A DNA stretch of 64,000 nt from positions 46,190,001-46,254,000 of the forward strand of contig OX597835.1 in the NCBI GenBank assembly GCA_951406725.2. The letters are read 5' to 3'. The notes under the pieces are model-generated. The model ran no database searches, was not told the origin of the DNA, and saw only the letters and a program-made list of their open reading frames with translations. Positions 13,958-30,302 of the stretch are shown here, piece after piece (within the stretch, counting starts at the first letter, position 1; every line of letters begins with the position of its first letter). This stretch comes from Octopus vulgaris. Lineage: Eukaryota. Position numbers and translations under genes: made by a program.

Positions 13958-14357
13958 AGATATACACATATATATACGTATATGTGTTATATATATACAA
14001 ACATATATATATATATATATATATATACAAACATATATAAAAAGTAAAAAATTTAAATGTAAAAATTACAAACATATATACATGCATACACGCACACACA
14101 TGTATATATACGTATATATATGTGAATATATATATGTATATATATATGAGAATATGTATATATATATATATATATGTATACAGTCTTTTAATTTTTCCAA
14201 ATTTAATTGTTTTCAATACTTACAGATAACAAAAGTCTCAATGGCTGAAACCAGCACTGAAATGGTTTCTAGAAAATTATTACATAATATCTTGAATTAT
14301 TTTCCATACATACACATATATATATATATCTATATATATATATATATATATATGATA

Positions 14358-14404
<47 letters not shown>

Positions 14405-14426
14405 CACACATATATATATATATACA

Positions 14427-14822
14427 GGAGTGGCTGTGTGGTAAGTAGCTTCCTTACCAACCACATGGTTCCGGGTTCAGTCCCACAGCGTGGCATCTTG
14501 GGCAAGTGTCTTCTACTATAGCCTCGGGCCAACCAAAGCCTTGTGAGTGGATTTGGTAGACGGAAACTGAAAGAAGCCCTTCGTATATATGTATATATAT
14601 GCGTGTGTGTGTTTGTGTGTCTGTTTTTGTCCCCTAGCATTGCTTGACAATCGATGCTGATGTGTTTATGTCCCCGTTACTTAGCGGTTCGGTAAAAGAG
14701 ACCGATAGAATAAGTACTGGGCTTGCAAAAGAATAAGTCCCGGGGTCGAGTTGCTCGCTTAAAGGCGGTGCTCCAGCATGGCCGCAGTAAACTCACTGAA
14801 ACAAGAAAAACAGTAAAAGAGT
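14427..14822 (+). mobile_element. Full-length tRNA-derived SINE (family A)
   Basis: GGAGTGGCTGTGTGGTAAG (A-box) and GGTTCAGTCCC (B-box), an internal TA/TG tract, and the tail GGCGGTGCTCCAGCATGGCCGCAG..CTGAAACAAG. Confidence 0.85.
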
Positions 14823-14835
14823 AATATATATATAT

Positions 14836-14922
<87 letters not shown>

Positions 14923-15003
14923 GATATATACATATATATATGTATATAATATAGATATATAGATATAATATCTTGAATTATTTTCCATACATATATATAT
15001 ATG

Positions 15004-15034
<31 letters not shown>

Positions 15035-15054
15035 CATATATATATGCATATATA

Positions 15055-15490
15055 TTAGAAAAAATGAGGTAATCAGATCGGATGGTTCATATTTATAGAT
15101 ATTTATATATTACATTTTTTACATATATATCATATCATTCAGATCATATCATTCGGATTAGCGCTTTCTCCCAATCGAGTGGGGTTTTCAAATCAAATCA
15201 ATTCCTTGTGGGTAATTTGAACATTTTATAGTTTCGTAGTAGTGGTGGGGAGGAATAAGTAGTGGTGGGGAGTATAAAAGGGTGAGGAGGAAGTGATACA
15301 GAGAAAACATGTGTGTATGTGTATGTGTGTGTGTGTGTATGTGTGTGTGTATGTGTGTGTGTGTGTGTGTGTGTGCGTTTGTATCTGATAGGGAAGAAGA
15401 AGTATTATTATTCCGTTGGCCTACTGGACCTCCTGTGGTTTTCTAAGAATTTTGGCTCTGCTCTCTGTCCAGTCTCGTGTCACTGAGTGT
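15055..15490 (-). mobile_element. Probable Penelope-like 3'-terminal fragment
   Basis: Unique sequence bounded by (TA)n and carrying a hammerhead-like motif, the same layout as the PLE 3' ends at 44400 and 49600. Confidence 0.4.
15155..15196 (-). ncRNA. Minimal hammerhead-like motif, U3-A8 core variant
   Basis: Minus strand: gat-TTGAAAA-c-ccca(ctcgat)tggg-a-GAAA-gcgc-TA-atc, with palindromic stem III AGCGCT. Confidence 0.55.
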
Positions 15491-15565
15491 GTGTATATAT
15501 ATATATCTATATTATATACATATATATATGTATATAATATAGATATATATATATATATGCATATA

Positions 15566-15627
<62 letters not shown>

Positions 15628-16281
15628 CAAGCATACATACAGATAGATACACAGACAGACAGACAGATAGACGATAGATAATGTATGTATACATATGTCT
15701 TTGTTGCAAATTTTGGCATAAGGCTATCAGTTTTGAGGGAAGTGGTAAGTCAATGACATCGATCCTACTCCTCAGGTGGTACGTACTTTATGGAATCCGA
15801 AAGTATGAAAGATAATGTTGACCACACACGCACACACACACGCACGCACGTTCGCGCGCATACACACACACTCGGAGGCGCGCACACCACACACATATAT
15901 TTATATTTAAATTTGATTATATTATTCCACTTAAATATATTATATACACGTTTATGATGATGATGATGATGTTGATGTTGATTTACATATAAAATTATAA
16001 CGCTATGGTATGTATATAGCAAAAGATTAAAGCGCTATAAAATTAGGGACACACGCAAAATACACATACACACATGCAGACACATAAACACACGCACCCA
16101 ACACACAGATACGCGTATTACTGATGTATCTTTACATTACTTACATCAATAAATGAAGATAAAATATATTTTATATGGCATTCCAATCTGCAAGATAGCA
16201 GATAAAACACAAAACAGCACTCAACAACACACACATACAACACATGCAAGAAACAGACATACATATACACGTACGCGCATA

Positions 16282-16418
<137 letters not shown>

Positions 16419-16484
16419 CTATATATATATATATGCATATATGTTATCTTGATGTAAGCATATATATATTTATGTGTATATATG

Positions 16485-16531
<47 letters not shown>

Positions 16532-16782
16532 GTATATATATATATGCATATGGGGCAAAAAAGAAGAAAAAAAGAAATGTAAAATTTTTTTCAATTAATA
16601 ATTAGTTTTACCATAAATTATTTCAAAAGGTTATTTCAAAAATTAATTCTGCGCTAAATCTCTGAGATCGATAGATTGTAATTAACCCAGTTGTCTTAAA
16701 CAAGAGATATAATAATATCGTCACAAGTCAACCGTAAAATTAATCTTTGTATACACTGACCCAGCATAGTGACTAACCGATA

Positions 16783-16830
<48 letters not shown>

Positions 16831-17298
16831 CTTATCAGATATCAGAAGATACGCAGTATATAATATATGGGTGTATATGTGCGCGTGTGCATGACTGTGT
16901 GAGTGTGATTGTTCGTGTATATGTTTATGTGTATATGTGTGATTACTTGCCAGAGTATAGGTAAGCATGACTGTACCATATGTTTCGTTGTAGAAAAATA
17001 TACATACTGTTACCACTTTATATGCGACCACATGTCTGTATTCACACTTGATTTCTTATACGCACACATACATTCCATACACTAACACACGCTCAAGTAC
17101 ACACGCGCAAACACACATACAAACTACGCACACCCACACACAAATACATATACATCCGTGTGTATGCGAGTAGATATACATTTATATCTGTATGTACATT
17201 AATGAATATAGATATATATGCACATATACACATATGTATATGTGTATGGGCAAATACGTTTATACATATATATATATCTATATATGTACGTGTAAATA

Positions 17299-17364
<66 letters not shown>

Positions 17365-17368
17365 TATT

Positions 17369-17425
<57 letters not shown>

Positions 17426-18142
17426 TTAGATAGATAAATAGATAGATCGATAGTTAGATAGATAGATGAATAGATAGATAGATTGATAGACAGATAGATA
17501 GGTACATGGCTATATTTATCGACATATATATATATGTATATATATATGTGTGTGTGTGTATATGTATATATATAATGTGTAAGATTATAAGAAAGAAAGA
17601 ATCAGCAATCAGCATACGTATACAAATATCAACATACATGAAACAAATTAGCAAGGCCACATGCGTACATAGACACACACATCTACACAACTAAACACGC
17701 ACATACTGTCACGCACCAACAAACAAACAAAAAATACGACACACAAAATCACAGACACACACGAGCGAATAAGATATAATCAGACTTATGACTGACATAC
17801 ATTGAACAGGAAATCATAGTCTTTAAACATCCATACACACATTTTGTAATCAACACGAGACACACTTTGTTTTCTATCGAAATATACGATTGCCATTACT
17901 ATCTTCAATGAAAGATCTTTGTTGTTCATCATGGCTGTTGTTTCCTTTGTTGCTGTTGTTATTGTTGTTGTGCTTGATACTGCTGCTGGTTTTATTGTCA
18001 TGGCTTTTCTAAATATTTTTTGTGTACTTGTGTACTTTTTTTATTGTATATAATTTCATTTCATCTTATATATATGTATATATATGTGTGTATATAAACA
18101 TATGTGCGTGTATGCGTGTCTACACGCCTGCGTGTATGCATG

Positions 18143-18237
<95 letters not shown>

Positions 18238-18282
18238 GTATATATATATATGTAAATGCATTCATGTGTGTATATATATGTG

Positions 18283-18348
<66 letters not shown>

Positions 18349-19166
18349 GTATATATATGAATATGTATATATATATATGTTTGTATATGTCTATCGAATT
18401 GTAGACTATGAGAGCCACATGAGTACATTCGCATATTTATACGCATACAGATATAGAATGAAACGCCCATGCGTCTATTTGTATATGTGTATACATACTT
18501 ATATACCTACATATACATAAACAATTGATTATATATAAATATGTTATTATATACACATGTATATACATGAATATATATATATATATGTGTATACATATGT
18601 ATGCATTGGGTATGTATGTATGTGCTACTTGAATGCGTATATGCATACGTATCTAAGCACACTTTACATATGCATACGCATACATCAGAGCACGCATGAA
18701 TCATATACACACACTGATACACGGACACACACACATACATATATATATATATGTACTTGTATATATACGTATATATATAACTATATATTTATATACATAT
18801 ATTTATGCATTATATAAACACACATACACACATACACATATATATATATAAATACATATACACGCACGTGCGCGCGCGTGCACACATTCGCATACATGCT
18901 TTCTTTTGATTTTTAATTTTTCAATATTTTCTTCTATAATTTTTGTCTAATAAATTATTTTTGATTCTTGTTGCTTATTTTGTATATCGGTTTATTATCC
19001 ATATTATTATTATTATTAATATCATCATCATCATCATCATCATCATCATTATTATTATTATTATTATTATTATTGTTATTATCTTTAGCATTGTTCTTAT
19101 TATCATTAATATTATCATCATCATCATCATTATCGTCGTCGTTGTCCTCTTATTGTTATCATTGAA

Positions 19167-19206
<40 letters not shown>

Positions 19207-20199
19207 TTACTTCTTCTTCTTCCATGTTACTATCTTAGTTTATAAGTTTCCTTTTTCCCTCTTCCTTTATTTTACTATTTCAGAAACATAGCATCGAATC
19301 CGATTGAACTTGTATACTTGTACGTCCAATATATCCTGTACTGCATTCCTAATAGCGTTTTCTCTTAGCAATTGCACATCGTTTGTATCAATAGCTTTTA
19401 TTTTGTTTTACTCATTGGTTTCTTTTTCTCTTGGCTATGTTTTCAACTATTTTTTCTTCAGACTTTTTAATATTTGTTTTAGTTTTTTTTTTCAGTTTTT
19501 GTCTCTTTATTGGGGGCTTTAATTTCTATTTCTTCTTATATTTATTTATTTATTTATTGTATTCTTTTTTATTCTGTAGTTTATGTAGTTTTTAATAAAT
19601 GCATACATACAGACAACTATGTGTGTGTGCGTGTGAGCGCGATTGTATGTATGTCTGCATACACACTTACGCAGGCGCGCACACACACGCACATACACAC
19701 ACACACATATATATATATGTATATGCATATCTACATATATATATAGATATACACATATATATATAAATATGTACATACACACATATATATGTATATTTAT
19801 ATACACACACATACATATATCGATTAAAAATATTGATACAGAGATAGATAAATAGATAAGTAAGTTTATAGGAAGCGTTATACTCAGTAGTAAACATATA
19901 TATATATATATATACTTATGTTTCTGCATATATATACTCACATACCATATATATATATATAGCGATAGATAAATAGATTTATATATACACACACACACAT
20001 ATATATAGATATATGTATATATGCATAAATATATATATACGTGTGTGTGTGTGTGTGTGTACACAGACATAGACACAGACACAAGCACGTTCACACACAT
20101 ACATGTATACGATTCTTCTTCATTATTTTGCGTTTTTTCTTTACTGTCTGAGACACACAGTTGTATATATTTAATTCTAATCATATATGTTGGTACTCC

Positions 20200-20462
20200 A
20201 GAAGACGACGAAGAAGAGGAGGAGGGGAGAAGGAAGAAGTGGAAGAGGAGATAGAAGAGGATGAGGGGAAGAGAGGGGGGAAGAAGATGAAGGGGAAGAG
20301 GAGGAGATGACAGGAGAAATGAAGATGGGAGGAGGAGAGAAGAAGAAGAATAAAAAGAAGAAGATGAAGAAGAAGAAGCAGAAGAAGAAGAAGAAGAAGA
20401 AGAAGAAGAAGAAGAAAAGAAGAAGAAGAAAAGGAAGAAGAAGAAAAGGAAGAAGAAGAAGA
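20200..20462. repeat. Purine-rich (GAA/GGA)n low-complexity tract
   Basis: Directly visible. Confidence 0.9.
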
Positions 20463-21155
20463 AATCGATGACAAAATGGAAGACGAAATCTATGAAATGT
20501 AGAAGTTATATGGGAAAGTTAAAAAAAACAGTAGGACATAAAAATTAAAACAATCATATATATATAAAAAAAAAGACAAAATAATGGAACGAATTAAATA
20601 ACCTAAGGAATAAAACAAAGACGCACACAGTCTTAATTTGATTGAATGAAAGAACGAAATGAAATGTAAGTTAATGTCGAATCTCTGCAAGTTCTGCTTC
20701 GATTCTATGTTAATTCTGGGTTTCTACGATACATTCTTACCCTTCTTGTTAATGTTCTTGCTGCTGCTGATGTTGTTCATTATGATGATGATGATGATGA
20801 TTACGACAATGTTGTTAATTTTGGTTTTGTTTTGATGCAGATGTCGTTGATCCTTTCTTTCTTTCTTTCTTTTTTTTGTGTGTCTTTTTGTAATAATGCG
20901 GGAACAAATTCAAAAAATTTGAGAATATCTAAAAATGTTTGTTTATCTATTTATTTTGTGTTATAATGGTTTTTTTTCTTTTTTTCCATTTTAAGTTAAG
21001 TAAGTATTGTTAGGTACTGGTTAAAGGTTGATGAGAAAGAGAAAGACACAGAGTCGTAAAGAGGGAAAAATGGATGGGTCAGAGATTGAAATAGTGAGCG
21101 TATAATACATATTTGCATGCCTATATATAGACACACACATATATATATATGTGTG

Positions 21156-21218
<63 letters not shown>

Positions 21219-21290
21219 TTATATATGTACGTATATGTTTTATATATATATATGCAGATACATACATGCATACATATAGATGCACACATA

Positions 21291-21340
<50 letters not shown>

Positions 21341-21356
21341 GTATATTATGTATATG

Positions 21357-21421
<65 letters not shown>

Positions 21422-22170
21422 ATATTTATATGCAAATATGTATATGGGCATGTGGAAAGGGATGTATATACGAATGTATACATATATATATATGTATGTA
21501 TATTTATATGTAAAAATATATATTGGTATGTTGATATGGATGTATATAGGAATGCATATATATATATATATTTACAATTATATATGGGTATGTGTCAGCG
21601 TGTATCTTTGTGTGTCTGTGTGTGTGGCCAGATAGATTGGCATGTGGGAAAAACAAGAATATTTTTTATATATAAATAGATATACGAAGAAAAAGCAATT
21701 TCAATAAAATTTATTCAAAATGAGAGAATAAGTGAAAAGTTAAAACAAAAATAAAACAACTAAATTTAACAAAAATATACAATAAAAGACAGAAAGAAAT
21801 TTCAAAGAATTATTAGATAACGGAACGAAAAATGCAAGATTTAAAAACATCGAAGATAGGAATACGAAGAAAATAATATAAAATTTAAGGTCAAATTAAG
21901 CGAAGATTAATGTCTTTAAGCTTTTAGTAATATCTTAGTGATATGACTGGTTTCGAAAGAAAATTTTAAAATATATTACATTGGTTATATCGATTTCTTA
22001 CGAGGAGACATACTCTTTTTGTTGCTATGGGAAATATTTTGTTTCTCTTTTTCTCTTTTCTTTTTCTCTTTTCTGTATTTTTTGTTTTGTTTCTCAGTGT
22101 TTTTCATTTTTTTGCTTTTTATATGTTTATACGTTTGAGTGCTTCGTTTTCAGAACGCGGAATGGCTACA

Positions 22171-22367
<197 letters not shown>

Positions 22368-22619
22368 CGCTGTATTGCTAATTTTATTTGGTGTCTGTAT
22401 ATGCATGAACACACGAATACGCACACAAGTATCCCACTCCTCACAAATACACCCACACACACAAACGCACACATGTATATCACTAACTCACTAATATATA
22501 TATATATATCATAATACATATATATCACTAATATACATATATCTGTGTATAGATATATTTTTATGTATACATCAGTGATGTTTATGGGTATATATGTGTG
22601 TATGCAAGTATGCAGGCAT

Positions 22620-22656
<37 letters not shown>

Positions 22657-22837
22657 TGTGTATATGTGTATGAAGTATGCGTATGATGTATAATAATTGA
22701 CTAGATATGAGAATTGAAGTGCGAGAATAGATGTTTATTCAATTACTGGACGGATGTTTTGTAATCAGTCTTGCTGACGTAAGCATATACATATATAAAC
22801 ATGTAGGCATGTATGTATGTATGTATTTCTGTGTGTG

Positions 22838-22910
<73 letters not shown>

Positions 22911-24180
22911 TTACACACTCACCGATAAGCCAAATGGCAGTGTATCATAACAAAGAGCCTACACTTCATACAATTTTTCATAGCAGGTTAAAACAGCAGA
23001 CTCCTATGTATAGCAGATTGTTTAGTTATATAGTCACAGACAATAAATATATTCGGCAGATTCCTCTTTTTACAAGTATTAGGATTACCATATATGGTAT
23101 ACATTAAAGAAGCGATGAGAGTAGATAAATAGGAATCCAGAAAAAAATGAATCCTATAAAATTAAATGAATACAACAGAATCAAAAGGTGAAGACAAAAA
23201 GAGGACTTTGTTCATCACAAAGATGCGTTTCACACAATTTGGTTGGTCATCCCATTGTATTTAAAGTAATAAGTCATATGTTTAAAAAGAGAAGCAGAAT
23301 GAGATAAAAATAAGAATAAGCAAAGAAATAAATCATATGAAGTGTATGGAAAATATGAAGAAAATTGAAAAAAGGTTTTAATGCCAAGATAGGAGTCAAG
23401 GTTAGTTTAAATATTTGTTTTTGTAGAGGTACTTGGTATCATAGCAAAACAGACTGTTCTGTTTGAATTTCAATGCAGCTGATTAAGAAGAGCAAAACGG
23501 AAATCCAAAACCATTGATTCCAATACCAGTATACACACACATACACCTCTTCAAAATATTCTGAGATACATTCATAAACATGATTTTACATTCACATGCT
23601 CACACATGCACCAGTTTTAAAACAAAATATTTATATCAAAATAGGAGTTTCTAAATAGTCGCAGTTCGTCACTTGTTCAAGTGATATTATTTGTATAAAT
23701 ATACACGTAAACGTATGAACATATATACAGACGATATTCACATACATACTATGATTCATGCCCCATCCAGCTATTCCACAATCAATCTCAAGACTTAAGC
23801 TATACTATACTATATCTAAGGTTACATGCGGTTGGCCGAAGTGTAGGTTTACAGTTATCGTAAATTTCTATCTTACTATTAACTATATTAGCATAGAATA
23901 ATGGTTTCATATCTTACTATATTAGCATAGAATAATGGTTTCATATTTTTTTGTTTTTATAATTGAGATCTAAACTCTTAATGAATGAATTCGAAAAAGA
24001 TATTTGAATAAGTAAGCCTACTTTTGTGTCACCCTGTATTATACAAAAGTAAACAAGTTAAAAGTGAGAAATTAGATATAAATTAAGTACAGGGCCAGGG
24101 ACAATTTAATCGAGAAATAAACTATATTTTAGGGTTAACTGACACTATTGTTAATGGATTCGAGTTGATGCTAATTTCGG

Positions 24181-24558
24181 GGCACTCCGTCGGTTACGAC
24201 GACGAGGGTTTCAGTTCATCTGATCAACGGAACAGCCTGCTCGTGAAATTAACGTGCTAGTGGCTGGATACTCCACATACATGTGTCCGCTTGACGTAGT
24301 TCTCGGAGAGATTCAGCGTGTCACAGAGTGTGACAAAACTGGCCCTTTGAAATACACGTACAACAGAAACAGGAAGAAAGATTAACAGAAAGGTGTAGTA
24401 AAAGAGTACAGTAGGTTCGCCACCATTCTCTACCAGAGCCCCGTGGAGCATTAGGTGTTTTCATCCAATAAACACACACAACGTCCGGTCTGGGAATCAA
24501 AACCGCGATCCCACTATCGCGAGTCCGCTGCCCTATCCACTGGGCCATTGCACCTCCA
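24181..24558 (-). mobile_element. tRNA-derived SINE (family C)
   Basis: Minus-strand head GGAGGTGCAATGGCCCAGTGG..GCGGACTCGCG..GGTTTTGATTCCCAGACC. A homologous copy lies at 48971-49347. Confidence 0.85.
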
Positions 24559-24841
24559 CATACATATTTTAATTATCAATATTATATAGGGATGACCAGT
24601 TTTTGTGGACATCGTATTACTAATTTATGAGAAATTAGTTCTTAGATGAATGATTGGCACTAATCGTATTTACCATTATCCTTTCTATGTGATAATGTTG
24701 AATTGTCAATCAAGCTTTACCCATTCCAGACTGGGATTAGATAGACTAACCAAAGTAAAAATACAAAAACATAGTGGTACTAATTACAAAGGGAAGATCT
24801 ACAGGGATTGACAATTAATTGCTTTATTAATATTGTACTTA

Positions 24842-25055
24842 AGGCGATGTGCTGGCAGAATCGTTAACATGCCGGTCAAAATGTTTAGCGGTTATTCTTC
24901 CGCGTTTACATTCTTTCCAATTCCACCGAGGTCGACTCTGTCTCTCCCCATTTCGGGGTGGTGAAAATTAGTACCAGTTGACCAATGGGGTTGATGCAAT
25001 CTGCCTATAGCCTCCGCCGACTTTGCAGGCCTTTTGCAAAAAGTTGAAACGAATA
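24842..25055 (+). mobile_element. SINE family B copy
   Basis: Homologous to 9082-9300. Confidence 0.75.
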
Positions 25056-25329
25056 TTACTAATTCACTTACCTTAACAATAATACGTTAATTTTGGGGAT
25101 TATGCTGGAAGGACATCCAGTACATGAGTGGACATCTTCTTAGTGCACCATCGCATTGGTTGATGAGAGACATAATTATAATATTCTAATAGGTCTCAGA
25201 TATAAACAAATTTTATTGGCCAATATTTAAAACATAAGTGTGAAAATTACAATTTTTATATTACATGTGCAAATATATACGCTATATATATTTGAAACGA
25301 ATAACATTTTTAATAACATTTTTAATTTT

Positions 25330-26335
25330 TTTAAATATGTTACAAACTTTTGGCCAAGTCCATAAGTCATTACTAACTTTAAACGGTTGTACATTGCATA
25401 TAATATACTAAGCAATTTTATACTCAAACTCTTTATCGGATAATGTCTATAGAAATTGGTTAAAGTGTTAGAATTAGCTTTACTCTTATCCCTTGGAAGT
25501 GTGGCTATAATATTTGCATTTCAATGCATATACTAAGGTAGTCTCAGCATATAGACTGATATTTCCAAGTGTAGTTATGGAACATTTCCATACAACATCA
25601 TTATGCAATATCCCTCAATCGGACACATAGACCTAATTCTACAATTACAGAGATAATTTACTTGATTGAACGGCTTAGAGTTGTTGCTTGTTGTCGTACT
25701 AGGGTGTATGCTATTGCATACACCATAGCAGAACTCGGTGAATTGATGCTGTCATTTAGATTGTAAATTCTGAGTGGGGGAGGTATACAATTAGAGGATA
25801 GACTGTTCAGTTTTATTTGTGAATTTTGCTATGAACTGGGCAATATTAGGTGACACTGATCTCTTTCCTGATTGTTTCAAACATTATTTAGATATCAGCG
25901 TTCTTACGAGTTTATAGAATGCATAGACTTAGCTCCAGAAGAAAAATGTGATGTCGACGTATGTTTCAGCTGCCCCTGTATTTCAGGCATGGTCAATGTT
26001 AGTGGTTCAGGCAGACTGTTTGGATAATATGTCACAATTCAGGTGTTACATATCGATTGTGCCTCATGTATGATGTCTGCATATTTTTTAGCGTTGACGT
26101 GTACATTTGGTTTTCAATGCGAGCAGCGCATTGCTTATGTTGAATTGTACATATTCAGTTGCCAAGCAAGTGTCGTAAATATATGGAGAATAGGTGAGGC
26201 ATTTCAGGTGCACGTCACAGAGGTATAGAATGGCATTAGCAGTTGTAACTGCAAAAATCAGCGATAAATCCGTTAACATTTCCATCCTTTCTTCTGAATC
26301 TCCGGTGACAATCTTAAAGTAACGAGGAAGTTGTA
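25330..26335 (-). pseudogene. Highly decayed Penelope-like element (RT C-terminal part + GIY-YIG linker)
   Basis: DLSLIFAVTTANAILYLCDVHL aligns by eye with GLSIIIESENFSANYLDVN, and LCNCRIRSMCPIEGYC..NDVVWKC with LCNCRNKNKCVFGNQC..EVVYQC, both from the element at 61814-63866. There are many stops. Confidence 0.6.
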
Positions 26336-26469
26336 AACTATAACGAATATACATTATACATGAGGTTCTTCTTTCTGTCTGTCTATATACGTACTTGTAT
26401 GTATTTATGAATGTATACATGCATGTTTCTATGTATGTATGTATGTATGTATGTATGTATGTATGTATG

Positions 26470-26503
<34 letters not shown>

Positions 26504-26832
26504 TGTATATGCCTCTATATAAGTATATACTTAAATGCACAAGTAACAAGTATATATATGCATAGAAATATATTTAGCGTATATGACGTTGTGTATTTGC
26601 GTGTACGTGTGTGTGTGTGTACGTGTGTGTGTGTGTCCATTTTTATTCGTGTTCCAGCACAATTTCTGTATTTCCGTGACGAAATACAACACAGTGTACT
26701 AATAATAACTATACACGAAAAAAAACAGGTTGCAAACATACATAATAACCTATATACAAACATACATACACACACACACATATATATATGTTTATGCCTA
26801 TACAAACACACACACATATATATATATGTACA

Positions 26833-26904
<72 letters not shown>

Positions 26905-27245
26905 CACCTATATATATATACATACACACACACGTATATGTATGTATATATATATATTGTAAAAGCAGATGTTAAACGTAAAAGAGAACTTTGAACCGAA
27001 CACACCGTTGAATGCCAGTGTTCGAGCGACAAGGCGTTAATGTCATGCAAGCGTCTGTATTCTTGCAGCTTTACTTTTGTTTTGCCGTGTACTCTGGAAT
27101 TCATTCTTCACTGTAATGAATATTGATGAATGAATTAGAAAAGCACGACATTCATTATTCAACATTGAAACCTAAATTAAGCTGCTTTCACGCTATCTTT
27201 ATATATATTTTTACAGACATTTATTTCAACCTCTCTCTCTACATG

Positions 27246-27285
<40 letters not shown>

Positions 27286-27292
27286 TGTATGA

Positions 27293-27323
<31 letters not shown>

Positions 27324-27330
27324 GATAGAT

Positions 27331-27369
<39 letters not shown>

Positions 27370-27384
27370 TATACATATATATAC

Positions 27385-27416
<32 letters not shown>

Positions 27417-27502
27417 TGAGAGAGAGAGGTACATGCATACAAGCATACATATATACACGCACACCCAACCCCCCATATATATATATATATATATATGTGT
27501 GA

Positions 27503-27544
<42 letters not shown>

Positions 27545-27571
27545 GCGTGTGTGTGTGTGTGTATATATATA

Positions 27572-27604
<33 letters not shown>

Positions 27605-28082
27605 GTATATATGGATATATATATATGTATATATGTATATATATATGTATATATATATATATGTATATCTATATACATATACATATATTTATATATATGT
27701 ATATATATGCTTTATATATATATGTGTGTGTGTGTGTGTATGTGTGTTGATAGATATATAAACATATACTTATAAGCACATATATAAAGAATATATCAAT
27801 GTACATATATATATATATATATATATATAAAGATCGAAGTATACGTGTCTGTATATTTTTAAATCTTCGTCTTACAGTCATTCTTTCTATCTTTACTTTT
27901 CTTCATTTCTCCAGAACGTATCAGTCAATCAGTCGAAGGCGTAACTCTTTTTTTTCTGTTTTCTATTTTTTTTGTTCCTTCTCGTTGTTCTTGATATTCT
28001 GTCAAGTTCTCTCTGTTTGTCTCACCCTCTCTCACTTTGGCTGTTCCTACCTTCAACGTCCTCCCCTTTTCAGCATCTATAC

Positions 28083-28144
<62 letters not shown>

Positions 28145-28191
28145 TTGTTTCTCTCTGTATGTGTATATATATATGTGTGTGTTCATGTATT

Positions 28192-28232
<41 letters not shown>

Positions 28233-30149
28233 GCATACGTAAGTACGTTGGTGCGTGTATCCATGTATGTTATTATATGTGAAATATATATATTATATAT
28301 CTGAATGTACCCCGTGGGATTGTAGGTCTGTGTGAGTGTGTGTGTGTGTGTGTATGTGTGTGTGTGTGAGTGTGTGTAAGAAAGGGAAAGCCATTATGGA
28401 CGAAGTTGAGGAAAATGAAAGCACGTGTTTTACACTTGCTTCCGGTGTACATCGTTTCCATTGACCGCCAATATTAATCACAGTGTCTTGAATGTCGCCG
28501 CTCATTAACATCTCCATAGATGCTCAAGGACTTATGGAGAATCGGAAAGAATTCGTTTCCTTTAGAACCGGATATGCTGTTTTGCTCCCGTGTTGATCTT
28601 GGCTTCAGTTCAGTCCCCTTACTTCTTCGTTGTTGTCCTCTCTGTTCAAAGGCAAACCTCTGAAATGAACAACAGCTTCACTATTTCTTATATACGTCCG
28701 TTTTACCCCACTCGAAACAGGTGATTTTGTCTGTAGTAATGATTTTCGTTTACACTTTAGATACACCTAAATATGAATCGCATATGATTTATTCCTGTAT
28801 TTATTCCTGTATTTATTCTGTATATTCTCGCAAACACGCTCTTCCTCTGGTCATGTCTATCCTTTTCATTGCCCTGTCTCCGCTACAGCTTTACTGAATA
28901 GAATATTTCTTTAAATATGCGGTTAAACTGAAGCGAGTAATACTGTTGCGAATGTAGCAACATTGTAACGCATCAATCAACAAAGCTGGATCTGTGTCCT
29001 TCTTCAAGTTCTTTCACTTTTATTCCTCTTTCCATAGACTTGCATTTTTTTTTACGCTACGAATCAATTTCCCCTCTGAATAACGTGCATGAGTAAAAAG
29101 CATTCCCAAATAAATGCATATGAGCGTGTGTCTGTGTGTGTATGTGTGTATGTGCATGCGTGTGTGTGTGTTTGCATGTGTGTGTTTGCGTGTGTGTGTG
29201 TTTGTTTGCGTGTGCGTGTGTTTGGGCATGTGTGTGTATTCCTGTGTGTGTGCGTGCGTTTCTGAATGTGTGAGCGAGTACGTGCGCGCGCATGTGTGTG
29301 CGTTTCAGTGTGTATACAAATATATGTATGTATTTATGCCCACATAACTATGTATGTATGGAGATAACACCATTCCTTGATCTGATCGACTTGAGGATTT
29401 TCTTAAAATATTATACTACTTTTCTTTACATGAAACCAATGAGAGTCTTAATACACAAATAATCTTTATCCACCAATGCGGTGTTGAGTACTCACTGTCA
29501 TTCTTCGACATTTACATGTATATATATATATGTGTGTGTATGTGTGTGTGTGCTTGTGCGTATGTGAGAGAGAAAGAGGATGAGAAACACAGAGAGTGAG
29601 TGAGTGAGTGAGTGAAGGTACACACATTTAGTTTAAGGTACACACATATAGAAAATGTGACGTCATCGTATAAAATTTTTACGGTAGTTGATTTATGGAA
29701 AAGATTATGTTAAACATTTTAAATGCAAATATGTGAATAAAAATTAAGTTTAATTTGTAGCCAAAATAGTACTGAATCTTTTGATACCCCATACGTCAAA
29801 ATCTGTAACTCAGTTTTGGAAAGCATAAGGCATATATAATATATAGGACAGTATCTCACATAACAATACAGACGTAAGGTCTGGAAGAAATTGCGGCCAA
29901 ATCTCCCTCAAAACACCCTACTCTCTTAATCCGACAATGCTGCCTATTATGTAGTTTCAATGAGAAACTATAACTAAAAATTTAAGATTATTAACCCCAC
30001 AGAGAGAGGAAAGAAGTGAGATGATTTGCGACGTTTTTTGCTGACTGTCATCCTGTACTCCCCTTGTTGCTAGCGAAATGGTATGAGCCGGCTGTCTGGG
30101 CAACTACTTGCTTTAATGGCAGAACAAAGAGGGCAAAAAGATTACAAAA

Positions 30150-30302
30150 ATAGCGATTGTTACTTTGAAACTAACGATTTTGAAAATCTTTTTTTTTAAA
30201 TTACGGAACGCCCACCTGTATCATGTATCCATGTTTAAAATTTCAGCGCGATCGGATGAACAATACTCGAGTTATAAGCGCATAAACAGACAGACAGAAC
30301 GG

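Noticed and set aside
14223-14259. cag-ATAACAA-aagtc..ggct-GAAA-ccag-CA-ctg hammerhead-shaped relic
   Set aside because: The topology fits, but several core positions are mutated. It is counted only as a decayed candidate.
21940-21975. Hammerhead-like GAAACCAGTC on the minus strand
   Set aside because: No stem II, and the core reads TTTAAAA. This could arise by chance in AT-rich DNA.
28390-28720. Possible decayed DNA-transposase fragment (similar feel at 40370-40780 and 31290-31960)
   Set aside because: Too many stops and frameshifts to recognise a diagnostic motif confidently without a search
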